DNA of 55,539 nt, taken from assembly GCA_024103415.1 (NCBI GenBank), contig JAGFIR010000193.1, positions 1-55,539 of the forward strand, given 5' to 3'. The notes below the pieces were generated by a model. The model worked only from the letters and a program-made list of their open reading frames with translations. It had not been told where the DNA came from and made no database searches. The translations under genes and the position numbers were made by a program. Within the stretch, counting starts at the first letter, position 1. The number at the start of each line of letters is the position of its first letter. This stretch comes from Acidimicrobiales bacterium. Lineage in GTDB: Bacteria; Actinomycetota; Acidimicrobiia; Spongiisociales; ZC4RG35. Positions 28,140-35,903 of this stretch are shown here, piece by piece.

Positions 28140-29060
28140 CTAGAGAATGCCGGTCAGCTCGTCGAGGCCCAGGGCCAGGTTCATGTTCTGCACTGCCTGG
28201 ACGGCAGCGCCCTTGAGGAGGTTGTCCTCGGCGCCCACGATCACGACGCTGCGACCGTCCTCCGATACCGTGAAGCCGCCGAGCAGGACCCCCAGGAGGT
28301 TGGTCCCGTCGGCGAGCTCAGGCGTGTCGTCGGTGATCTCCACCAGCGGCTCGGACGCATACGCCTTCTCCATCCGCTCCCTGACCTCGTCGACGGTGAC
28401 GGGACCGGACATCGGGACGTTGGCTGTCACCAGAAGGCCGCGGAAGGTGGGATGGACGTGGGGCATGAAGCGGACGGGACGACCGAGATGCGCCGTCGCC
28501 TCCCGCTCGTGGTTGTGCCCCGAGAGCCTGTAGGGGAGCAGGTTATTGGCGAGACGGTCCGGATCGTTGCGCGGGCCGGGCGTGGTGCCCGCTCCGGAGT
28601 AGCCGGAGACGCCGAACACCACCGGCGCGCCTTCGGCCTCGTCGATCAGCGGTGCCAACGCCAGCTGCATGACGGTGGCGTAGCAACCCGGGTTGGCGAT
28701 ACGCCGCGAGCCGGCGATGCGGTCCCGGAACAGCTCGGGCAGCCCGTAGGCCCAGTCGGTGTCCCACCGGTGGTCCGCCGAGATGTCGATGACGACCGTC
28801 TCGTCCGGGATCACGCCCAGGAACGAAGCGGACGCCCCGTCGGGGAGGGCGAGGAAGACGACGTCGACAGGGTTGGCCGCGACGAACTCCGGGTCGGTGT
28901 CGCTGAAGGTCAGACCGGGGTAGTCGTCGACGGGCTCGCCCGCCTTCTCCCTGGATCCTGCCCACACGACCTCGACCTCTGGATGCCGATGGAGGATGCG
29001 CAGCAACTCGGAGCCCGTGTAGCCGCGTGCCCCCACGATTCCTACTGTCTTCGTCATCAC
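28140..29060 (-). CDS. argC: N-acetyl-gamma-glutamyl-phosphate reductase (short type)
   Basis: 306 aa. GIVGARGYTGSELLRIL and active-site NPGCYAT. ATGA overlap with the upstream argA/B. Confidence 0.88.
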   Translation of the reverse strand: MMTKTVGIVGARGYTGSELLRILHRHPEVEVVWAGSREKAGEPVDDYPGLTFSDTDPEFVAANPVDVVFLALPDGASASFLGVIPDETVVIDISADHRWDTDWAYGLPELFRDRIAGSRRIANPGCYATVMQLALAPLIDEAEGAPVVFGVSGYSGAGTTPGPRNDPDRLANNLLPYRLSGHNHEREATAHLGRPVRFMPHVHPTFRGLLVTANVPMSGPVTVDEVRERMEKAYASEPLVEITDDTPELADGTNLLGVLLGGFTVSEDGRSVVIVGAEDNLLKGAAVQAVQNMNLALGLDELTGIL

Positions 29061-30382
29061 CGCTCCTCGAACGACGGCGGCAGGTCCTCGATCGTCTTGA
29101 CGGCGCGGGCGATGTGGTCGAAGTCGCTCTCGCCCCGCCAGAAGATCGTCCAGCGGCCCCGGCGCACCGAGCCGTCGGCCTCGCCGGCGTAGAACCCGTT
29201 GATCGGGTTTTCGTCACGACTCCGCCAGAAGATGACCGGGTAGTTGCGGACGAGAGTGTCCCAGACCGCTCTGGCGGTGCCGTCGCCTCTGGCGCTCTCG
29301 GCGACGGCGAACTTGTCGAGGTAGGGGAAATCGTCGAGCCGGGTGACGAGGGCTGCGCCCCGATAGCTCTCGGAGACGATCAGCGACTCCAGGTTCACCC
29401 CTTCCCACCATCCCGGCCGCAGCGAGCGGCCGAACGAGCCTTCGAGGAGGGCGGTCAGCTTGGGGGAGTCGACGTCGGATCGGTCGGCGATCTGGAGGAT
29501 CCGCTCGCCCTTGCGGACCAGGGTGCCGGCGCCGCCGTGGGTGAACAACTCCCGGATCAACGCCGACGGCGTGGTGATCGACACGGAGGTGGTGTCCGGT
29601 GAAGCGTCGAGGAGGCGCTTGATCTCCTCGATCTTGAGGCGCATGCCGGAGTGCAGCCAATCCTGGGCCATCAGGTGGTCGTAGTCGGTGACCAGGTTGA
29701 CCCACTCGATGACCTTGCCCTCACCGTCGAGCAGACCGCCCGTGTCCGACAGGAAGATGATCTTCATCGGCTGCAGGGCGTCGACCAGGATCCTCGTGGC
29801 GGCGTCGGCGTTCATGTTGAGGATCTGCCCTCCCGACGCCACGCCGAGGCATCCGAGGATGGGGATGGCACCCGAGCGGATGATGCTGCGGAGCCGGTCG
29901 GTCCTCACCCTCACGGGCTCTCCGACGTACCCGTAGAGGTCACGATCGACGAACTCGGCGTCGAAGATCCCTTCGGTGATGCCGTGTGCGGGCACGCCCC
30001 TGCTGCGAATGGCTTCGACGAGGGCGAGGTTCTGCTCGGCGAACACCTCGCGGGCCGCGTCCATGACCTCCGGTGTGGTCACCCGCAGACCGTTCCGCTT
30101 CTCGGTCTCGATCCCGAGTTGGTCGAGCCGGGCGTCGAGTTGGGGGCCACCACCGTGGATCACCACCGGGGTGAGACCCACGGTGTGGAGGAGGGCCAGC
30201 GAGCCGGCGGTCTCCTCGAGATGATCCCGGATGATCGCCCCGCCGATCTTGATCACCGCGAACCGGGTCTGCTCGGCCGATGAGAAGCGGCGCAGGTAGG
30301 TGCGCACCTCCCGGCTCTCCGACATGTTGGAGAGCAGTTGGACGATGATCCGGCGTACGTCGAGCGAGGGGTGGCCGGTCAT
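29057..30382 (-). CDS. Bifunctional N-acetylglutamate synthase/kinase (AAK domain + C-terminal GNAT-like domain)
   Basis: 441 aa from the internal ATG (MTGHPSLDVRR...) of ORF 29057..31153. The N-terminal amino-acid-kinase fold has FAVIKIGGA, VVIHGGGPQ and NMNADAA. The C-terminal part of about 150 aa is an acetyltransferase-like domain (YLDKFAV...ARGDG). The length and architecture match Xanthomonas/Maricaulis NAGS/K as I remember them. Confidence 0.75.
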   Translation of the reverse strand: MTGHPSLDVRRIIVQLLSNMSESREVRTYLRRFSSAEQTRFAVIKIGGAIIRDHLEETAGSLALLHTVGLTPVVIHGGGPQLDARLDQLGIETEKRNGLRVTTPEVMDAAREVFAEQNLALVEAIRSRGVPAHGITEGIFDAEFVDRDLYGYVGEPVRVRTDRLRSIIRSGAIPILGCLGVASGGQILNMNADAATRILVDALQPMKIIFLSDTGGLLDGEGKVIEWVNLVTDYDHLMAQDWLHSGMRLKIEEIKRLLDASPDTTSVSITTPSALIRELFTHGGAGTLVRKGERILQIADRSDVDSPKLTALLEGSFGRSLRPGWWEGVNLESLIVSESYRGAALVTRLDDFPYLDKFAVAESARGDGTARAVWDTLVRNYPVIFWRSRDENPINGFYAGEADGSVRRGRWTIFWRGESDFDHIARAVKTIEDLPPSFEER

Positions 30383-31377
30383 CGCACCAGGTTCCGCATG
30401 ATCGCCTTCTGGACGTGGAGACGGTTTTCCGCCTCGTCGTAGGCGACGCACGACGGCGAGTCGAAGACCTCGTCGGTCATGATCACGTTGCGTCGCATGG
30501 GGAGGCAGTGGCTCACGAGCGCATCGTCGGTGAGGGCCATCTTCCGGGCGTCGACGATGAAGTTCCGGTGGGCGTCCCGGATGGGCTTCTCCTCCTCCCA
30601 GCGGCCGAAGTAGGGGAGTGCGCCCCAGCTCTTGGCGTACACCACCTCGGCCCCGGTGTAGGCACTCTCGATGTCCGTGGTCACCCGGACCGATCGCCCG
30701 TTCTCGGCCGCGTATCCCTCGGCGATGCTCATGTACCGCTCGTCGAGGACGAACTCTTCGGTGGGAACGAGCAGTGTCACGTCCATGCCCATCTTGGAGG
30801 CGATCATCAGCGCCGAATTGGCGACCGCGGTGTTGAGCGGGCGCGGGTGATACGACCAGGTGAGGACGAACTTCTTCCCGTCGAGGCTGCCCATGTGCTC
30901 CTGCAGGGCCATCGCCAGGGCGAGCTCCTGACAGGGGTGGGTGATCGTCTCCATGTTGATCACCGGTACCTGTGAGTGCTTCGCCCACGACTGGAGCACC
31001 TTGTCCTTCCGATCCTCCTCCCAGTCCTCGAACTTGGGGAAGGCTCTGATGCCGATCAGGTCGACGTAGCGGGACAGCACCTGTGCTGCCTCGCTGACGT
31101 GCTCCTCGGCCTCGTCGAGCATGACGGCGCCGGGCTCGTACTCCAGGGCCCACATGCCCGAGCTGGGGCTGAGCACGATGGCGTGACCCCCCATCTGGCG
31201 GGCGCCGACGTCGAAAGAGGTCCGGGTCCGCAGGGAGTTGTTGAGAAAGACGAGGGCGATCGTCTTGTTCTCCAGGTCCCTGGTGAAGGGGGACTCCTTG
31301 AGCCGCCGGGCATCGTCGAGGAGGGCCTGGATCTCGGCCTGGGAGTAGTCGAAGGTGTTGAGGAAATGCCTGGTCAT
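30379..31377 (-). CDS. argF': N-acetylornithine carbamoyltransferase (AOTCase, ArgF'-type)
   Basis: 332 aa. Matches, from memory, the Xanthomonas campestris AOTCase along its whole length: HFLNT.D.S..E, SLRTRTSF, YVDLIGIRAFPKF.DW, VPVINMETITHPCQELA, LTW.YHP.PLNTAVANSAL, VVYAKSWGALP.FG.WE.EKPIRD, SHCLP.RRNV and DEAENRLHVQKAIM. Confidence 0.8.
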   Translation of the reverse strand: MTRHFLNTFDYSQAEIQALLDDARRLKESPFTRDLENKTIALVFLNNSLRTRTSFDVGARQMGGHAIVLSPSSGMWALEYEPGAVMLDEAEEHVSEAAQVLSRYVDLIGIRAFPKFEDWEEDRKDKVLQSWAKHSQVPVINMETITHPCQELALAMALQEHMGSLDGKKFVLTWSYHPRPLNTAVANSALMIASKMGMDVTLLVPTEEFVLDERYMSIAEGYAAENGRSVRVTTDIESAYTGAEVVYAKSWGALPYFGRWEEEKPIRDAHRNFIVDARKMALTDDALVSHCLPMRRNVIMTDEVFDSPSCVAYDEAENRLHVQKAIMRNLVR

Positions 31378-31399
31378 CAGTTCCCGCTTCCGACGGGTG

Positions 31400-32026
31400 T
31401 CAGTCGATTCGGAATCGTGCCCGGATAGTCGTGGTGACCTCGAGCGTCCCGGGCTCTACTGGTGTGGCGCTCGCGGCTTCCATCCTGAGCATCTTGGGTG
31501 TGGGTGGCATCGGCCCCCCTTCCTCCTCGACGATCTCGATGGGTCGGCCCAGGGTCACGCCGGACAACTCGGCCAGATGGTCGGCACGGGCCCGGACGTC
31601 CTCCCACGCCGCGGCGCGGGCCCGGGTGAGTGCCGCGGACCGGTCGGACACCGAGAAGTCGAGACTGTTCACCGTGGCTGCATCCCCGGCTGCGGCTACC
31701 GCGGCGTCGATCACGGCGCCCACCGAGGAAAGGTCACGGATCCGGGCGTGGACGCTGTTGAGAGCTCGATATCCGAGATCGCGGCGGCCCTGGTCGGTCC
31801 ACTCGTACTCGGCGGCGAGGGAGTACCTGCTGGTCCGAATGTCGGCCTGGTCGACACCGTTCGCGGCGAGTGCCGCGGAGAGGGAATTCGCGGCCTCTGT
31901 GGCCTGGGCGGCGGCCTCGGCCGCCGACGGAGCGAGAACGGACACACCCAGCTCGACCGTGGCGGTGTCCGGGGCCACCGTCACGGTGCTGATCCCCGTC
32001 ACGCTGAGGCCGTTGCTTTCGCTCAT
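31400..32026 (-). CDS. SIMPL/DUF541 family protein
   Basis: Internal ATG (MSESNGLSVTGISTVTVAPDTATVELGVSV...) of ORF 31400..32164. The pattern is typical of the 26-kDa periplasmic immunogenic protein family. ATGA overlap with the upstream ATL gene. Confidence 0.7.
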   Translation of the reverse strand: MSESNGLSVTGISTVTVAPDTATVELGVSVLAPSAAEAAAQATEAANSLSAALAANGVDQADIRTSRYSLAAEYEWTDQGRRDLGYRALNSVHARIRDLSSVGAVIDAAVAAAGDAATVNSLDFSVSDRSAALTRARAAAWEDVRARADHLAELSGVTLGRPIEIVEEEGGPMPPTPKMLRMEAASATPVEPGTLEVTTTIRARFRID

Positions 32027-32313
32027 GGTGGGAGGGTAATCCCCCTGCGGGAGGACACCACCCTGCCCTTCACCACGAGGACCCCTTCGGCTGCGAGCAG
32101 CTCCGCCTGACGATGAATCGACGGGCTGCGGAGTCGGCCACCGGCGCCGACCACCCTCCACCATGGGACGTCTTCGACGGTGCGCAGGATGTTGCCCACG
32201 GCTCGCGCTGCGCCGGGGAATCCCGCTTCCTCGGCCACCTCCCCGTAGGTGACTACGTCACCGGGCTGGAGAGAGCGGAGTACGGCGATGACGGCTTCTT
32301 CGAACCGGCTCAA
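32023..32313 (-). CDS. Alkyltransferase-like (ATL) protein: MGMT DNA-binding domain with Trp in place of the acceptor Cys
   Basis: 96 aa from a TTG that overlaps the upp stop (TTGA). YGEVA...GAARAVGNIL helix-turn-helix, with PWWRVV where AGT/Ogt has PCHRVV. Confidence 0.75.
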   Translation of the reverse strand: MSRFEEAVIAVLRSLQPGDVVTYGEVAEEAGFPGAARAVGNILRTVEDVPWWRVVGAGGRLRSPSIHRQAELLAAEGVLVVKGRVVSSRRGITLPP

Positions 32314-32927
32314 ATCGTGCCGAAGAGGCGGTCTCCCATGTCTCCCAGACCGGGGGTGATGTAGAAGCGGTCGTTGAGCTCCCGGTCGAGCGTGGCGGCC
32401 ACGATCCGGACGTCGGGATGATCCAACTGCATCCGGGCCACCCCTTCCGGGCTGGCGACGACGCACACGGCCGTGATGTCCCGCGCGCCGTTCTCCTTGA
32501 CCTTGCCGACCGCCCATGAGAGAGATCCGCCGGTGGCGAGCATCGGCTCGAGGATCAACACCCGAGCGTCGACCAGGGTCGGGAACTTGGTGTAGTACTC
32601 GACGGGCTGGGCGGTGTCCTCGTCCCTCTGGACCCCGGCGAAGCCGATGGCGGCATCGGGGACGAGGGTGAGGACCGACTCGAGCAGTCCGAGACCGGCC
32701 CGCAGCACCGCCACGGCGACCACCGGACGGTGGAGACGGTGTCCCGTGGTGTGCTCCAGGGGTGTCTCGATCTCGACCTCGTCGAGGGGCATGTCGGTCA
32801 GCGCCTCTGCCACCAGCAGGTAGCCGAGACGCTCGGCGGTCTCCCTGAACTCGGGCGGCTCGGTGTGCCGGTCGCGGAGGACGGTGAGGAGGTCGGCTGC
32901 GAGGGGATGATCGATGACCCTGAACAT
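32310..32927 (-). CDS. upp: Uracil phosphoribosyltransferase
   Basis: 205 aa from the internal ATG (MFRVIDHPLAADLLTVLRD...). PRPP loop VLILEPMLATGGS and C-terminal YITPGLGDMGDRLFGT. Confidence 0.9.
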   Translation of the reverse strand: MFRVIDHPLAADLLTVLRDRHTEPPEFRETAERLGYLLVAEALTDMPLDEVEIETPLEHTTGHRLHRPVVAVAVLRAGLGLLESVLTLVPDAAIGFAGVQRDEDTAQPVEYYTKFPTLVDARVLILEPMLATGGSLSWAVGKVKENGARDITAVCVVASPEGVARMQLDHPDVRIVAATLDRELNDRFYITPGLGDMGDRLFGTI

Positions 32928-32959
32928 GTTTCCGCCTGGTACCCCGGCACGGATCCGGG

Positions 32960-33733
32960 TCACGCGTCTCCCCGCTGCTTGTGGACGCGGCCCTCGACTC
33001 CGTGGAGGGAGAGGCCGGAGCCGGCGCCGTAACGCACCTTGGTCATTTCGGCGAGGATGGAGACCGCCACCTCCTGGGGGGTCTCGGCGCCGATGTCGAG
33101 ACCGATCGGCGAGTGGATGGTGCCGATCTCGTCCTTGGTGAAGCCAAGGTCTGTGAGGCGCTCGACGCGGAGGTTGTGGGTCCGCCTGCTTCCCATGGCC
33201 CCGATGTAGCGGGGACGGCCCTTGAGGGCTGACTCGAGGGCGGGGGTCTCGTGCCGCGGATCGTGGGACAACACGACGACCCACGTCCGCCGGTCGAAGG
33301 TGAGTTGATCCATCAGGTCGCGGGGCCATCCGAGCAGAACGCGATGCGCCTGGGGGAACCTCTCCTTGGTGGCGAACATCGGCCGGGAGTCGATGACCGT
33401 GACCCGGTAACCCATCTGGGTTGCGAAGGAGCAGAGGGCCTGCCCGATGTGGACGGCGCCGAAGACGTAGAGGTCGGGTGGGGGCGCCAGGGTCTCGATG
33501 AACACCTGGTGATCGCCGTATTCGAGGGCACGGTGCTGTTCGTGTTCCATGAGCGTCACGGCGTCCTCGCTCACGTCCGACACCAGTTCGTCGGGGAGGC
33601 CGCCGGCGATGATGGCCCCGTGCTCGTTCATGACCGCTTTGGCGCCGATGGCGGGCCCGGAGACGACGGTCGCCACCGAGCCGAACTGCTCGGCCTCGAG
33701 GAGGGAGGCTATGGCGTCGTTGACGTCACTCAC
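32960..33733 (-). CDS. XdhC/CoxI-family maturation factor, C-terminal (Rossmann-like) part
   Basis: GTG at 33733 overlaps the stop of the upstream XdhC N-domain ORF (GTGA). [33 protein letters not shown] and [21 protein letters not shown]. Confidence 0.75.
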   Translation of the reverse strand: MSDVNDAIASLLEAEQFGSVATVVSGPAIGAKAVMNEHGAIIAGGLPDELVSDVSEDAVTLMEHEQHRALEYGDHQVFIETLAPPPDLYVFGAVHIGQALCSFATQMGYRVTVIDSRPMFATKERFPQAHRVLLGWPRDLMDQLTFDRRTWVVVLSHDPRHETPALESALKGRPRYIGAMGSRRTHNLRVERLTDLGFTKDEIGTIHSPIGLDIGAETPQEVAVSILAEMTKVRYGAGSGLSLHGVEGRVHKQRGDA

Positions 33734-34038
33734 CAGGGCTCGATGAAGACGTCGATCGTGCCGCCGCACGACATCCCGACCGCGAAGGCGTCCTCGTCGG
33801 CGATCCCGTAGGTGACCATCTTCGGCTCACCGGAGGCGATCACCTCCTGGGCGTGGAGATACACGTCGTTCTCCACGCAACCCCCGCTCACCGACCCCTC
33901 CATGTCGCCGGCGTCGGTGACCAGGAATTTGGAGCCTTCGGGCCGTGGGGCGCTCCCGTGAACACGGACGACGGTGGCGACCGCCACCTTCTTGCCTTCG
34001 CCGACCCAGCGGTTGCGAAGCGCCAGCTGACTTCTCAC
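33730..34038 (-). CDS. XdhC/CoxI-family N-terminal domain protein (stand-alone)
   Basis: [40 protein letters not shown] prefer GTG 34038 because the extension to ATG 34116 is rich in rare A/T-ending codons. Confidence 0.65.
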   Translation of the reverse strand: MRSQLALRNRWVGEGKKVAVATVVRVHGSAPRPEGSKFLVTDAGDMEGSVSGGCVENDVYLHAQEVIASGEPKMVTYGIADEDAFAVGMSCGGTIDVFIEPW

Positions 34039-34178
34039 GATTCCCAGCCTACTCCCCGGACGCGGTCCCGAGCAGGCGACATCCCCGGGCTCGGGGTGTC
34101 TAGGCTGGGTTGACAAGACAAGCGGCTGTTCAGTGCCAGTGAACGGCAGCGCCTCGTTCTCAGGGGAGGTATCAGAGA

Positions 34179-34475
34179 GTGGCAGTGGAGTCGTCCGGGC
34201 ACAGCCGGGGCAACCCCCGTATCTACGAATTGATCGAGGGTGCCCCCAAGACGGGCAAGAGCCCCACCATCTGGGAGTGGCCGCAGCTCGTCGAATATTT
34301 CAAGGTCGCCGGCCAGCCAGTCCAGGGGCCCTGGCCGCCTCACCAGGAGCCCAGACCCGACCCGGACGCCGAGTCGCTGCCGGTCGCGGTTCCCGATCCC
34401 CAGTCTCCCTACGCCGCCGGGCCGGCGGGGACATCGTCCGAGACCTCAGGGCCGGCCGGGACCCCCGAGAGCTGA
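34179..34475 (+). CDS. Hypothetical 98-aa protein with Pro-rich tail, first gene of the cox operon
   Basis: GTG start 9 nt after 'aggggagg'. High GC3. Ends 10 nt before the coxM GTG. No family recognised. Confidence 0.5.
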   Translation: MAVESSGHSRGNPRIYELIEGAPKTGKSPTIWEWPQLVEYFKVAGQPVQGPWPPHQEPRPDPDAESLPVAVPDPQSPYAAGPAGTSSETSGPAGTPES

Positions 34476-34485
34476 GGAGGCCGTC

Positions 34486-35361
34486 GTGTACCCACCCAGA
34501 TTCGAGTACGAGGCCCCGGAGACGGTGGCCGAGGCCGTGGGGCTACTCGTCGAAGGACACGGCAGCGCCAAGGTCCTCGCCGGTGGCCAGAGCCTCATCC
34601 CCATGATGAAGACGCGCTTCGCATCACCCGAGATGCTCGTCGACATCAACGGCATCTCCGATCTCGAGTACCACCGGCGCGACGCCGACGGATCGATCCG
34701 CGTCGGGGCGCTCTGCCGGCACGCCACCCTCGAGCAGTCGCAGGTGCTCGCCGACCATCAACCGACCATGGCGGCGGCTTCGGCCCTCGTCGCCGACCCG
34801 ATCGTCCGCAACCGCGGCACCCTCGTCGGCTCTCTGTGCCATGCCGATCCGCAGGGTGACTGGGCGGCCGTTATGGCCTCCCTCGGGGCGTCCGTGATCG
34901 CACAGGGGCCCACCGGCGAGCGGGTCATCCCCGTCCAGGAGTTCGCGGTCGGGCCGTTCCAGAACGCCCTCGCCTACGACGAGATCGCGGTGGCCGCCGT
35001 CGTCCCGCCCCCCAAGGGCAAGCCCGAGGGTGGCTATCTCAAGATGGAGCGCCGTGTCGGCGACTTCGCCACCGCCGGTGTGGCCGTTTCGCTGGACCGC
35101 TCGGCGGGCGGTGTCGCCCGGGCGGGCATCGCTCTCACCGGTGTCGGTCCCCGCACGATCGTCGCCGAGGAGGCCGCGGCCATCCTCGTCGAACGGGGTC
35201 TCGACCCCGATTCCATCGCCGAGGCGGCCCGCGCCGCGGCGGGTGCCGCTCAGCCGAAGACCGATCACCGGGGTACCGCCGAGTACAAGCGGCACCTGGT
35301 TGAAGTGTTCACCAGCAGGATCCTGAAGAGGATCGCCGGATCGAGTGAGGAGGCGGCCTGA
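34486..35361 (+). CDS. coxM: Aerobic CO dehydrogenase medium (FAD-binding) subunit
   Basis: GTG start after 'gaggagg'. (V)[28 protein letters not shown]. 291 aa. Confidence 0.85.
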   Translation: MYPPRFEYEAPETVAEAVGLLVEGHGSAKVLAGGQSLIPMMKTRFASPEMLVDINGISDLEYHRRDADGSIRVGALCRHATLEQSQVLADHQPTMAAASALVADPIVRNRGTLVGSLCHADPQGDWAAVMASLGASVIAQGPTGERVIPVQEFAVGPFQNALAYDEIAVAAVVPPPKGKPEGGYLKMERRVGDFATAGVAVSLDRSAGGVARAGIALTGVGPRTIVAEEAAAILVERGLDPDSIAEAARAAAGAAQPKTDHRGTAEYKRHLVEVFTSRILKRIAGSSEEAA

Positions 35362-35903
35362 TGGGCAGCTTGTTCGAAGTCGTCCCCGCAGACACCCAGG
35401 ACGAGGTGCCCCGTCGCAGGGTCACGGTGACCGTCAACGGAACGCCCATGTCGGCGGTGATCGAGACGAGGCTCCTGCTCGTCCACCTGCTCCGTCAGGC
35501 CTTCAAGCTCACCGGAACCCACATGGGATGTGACACCACCCACTGCGGTGCGTGCACGGTGCTCTTCGACGGCAAGCCGGTGAAGAGCTGCACGATGCTC
35601 GCGGTCCAGGCCGACGGTCACGAGATCACGACGGTCGAAGGCCTCGCCGGGCCGTCCGAGCTCCACCCGATCCAGGAGGGCTTCAAGGAGGAGCACGGTC
35701 TCCAGTGCGGCTTCTGCACGCCGGGGATGATGCTCAGCGCCAAGGCGCTCCTCGATCGCAATCCCGACCCGGACGAGGACGAGATCCGCTGGGCGTTGAG
35801 CGGCAACCTCTGCAGGTGCACCGGGTACCAGAACATCGTGAAGTCCGTGCAATGGGCGGCGCGCAAGATGAACCCCCAGCAGGGCCAGGAGGTGAGCGAA
35901 TGA
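35361..35903 (+). CDS. coxS: Aerobic CO dehydrogenase small ([2Fe-2S]) subunit
   Basis: [11 protein letters not shown] and CGFCTPG, then LCRCTGY. Confidence 0.9.
   Translation: MGSLFEVVPADTQDEVPRRRVTVTVNGTPMSAVIETRLLLVHLLRQAFKLTGTHMGCDTTHCGACTVLFDGKPVKSCTMLAVQADGHEITTVEGLAGPSELHPIQEGFKEEHGLQCGFCTPGMMLSAKALLDRNPDPDEDEIRWALSGNLCRCTGYQNIVKSVQWAARKMNPQQGQEVSE

Noticed and set aside
34110-34149. TTGACA hexamer (34110-34115) and an imperfect TTCA-N7-TGAA palindrome (34129-34143) in the divergent xdhC/cox intergenic region as a promoter/operator
   Set aside because: No acceptable -10 hexamer lies at 16-19 nt spacing, and the palindrome has three mismatches in its extended arms. This is too weak to call without transcript mapping.
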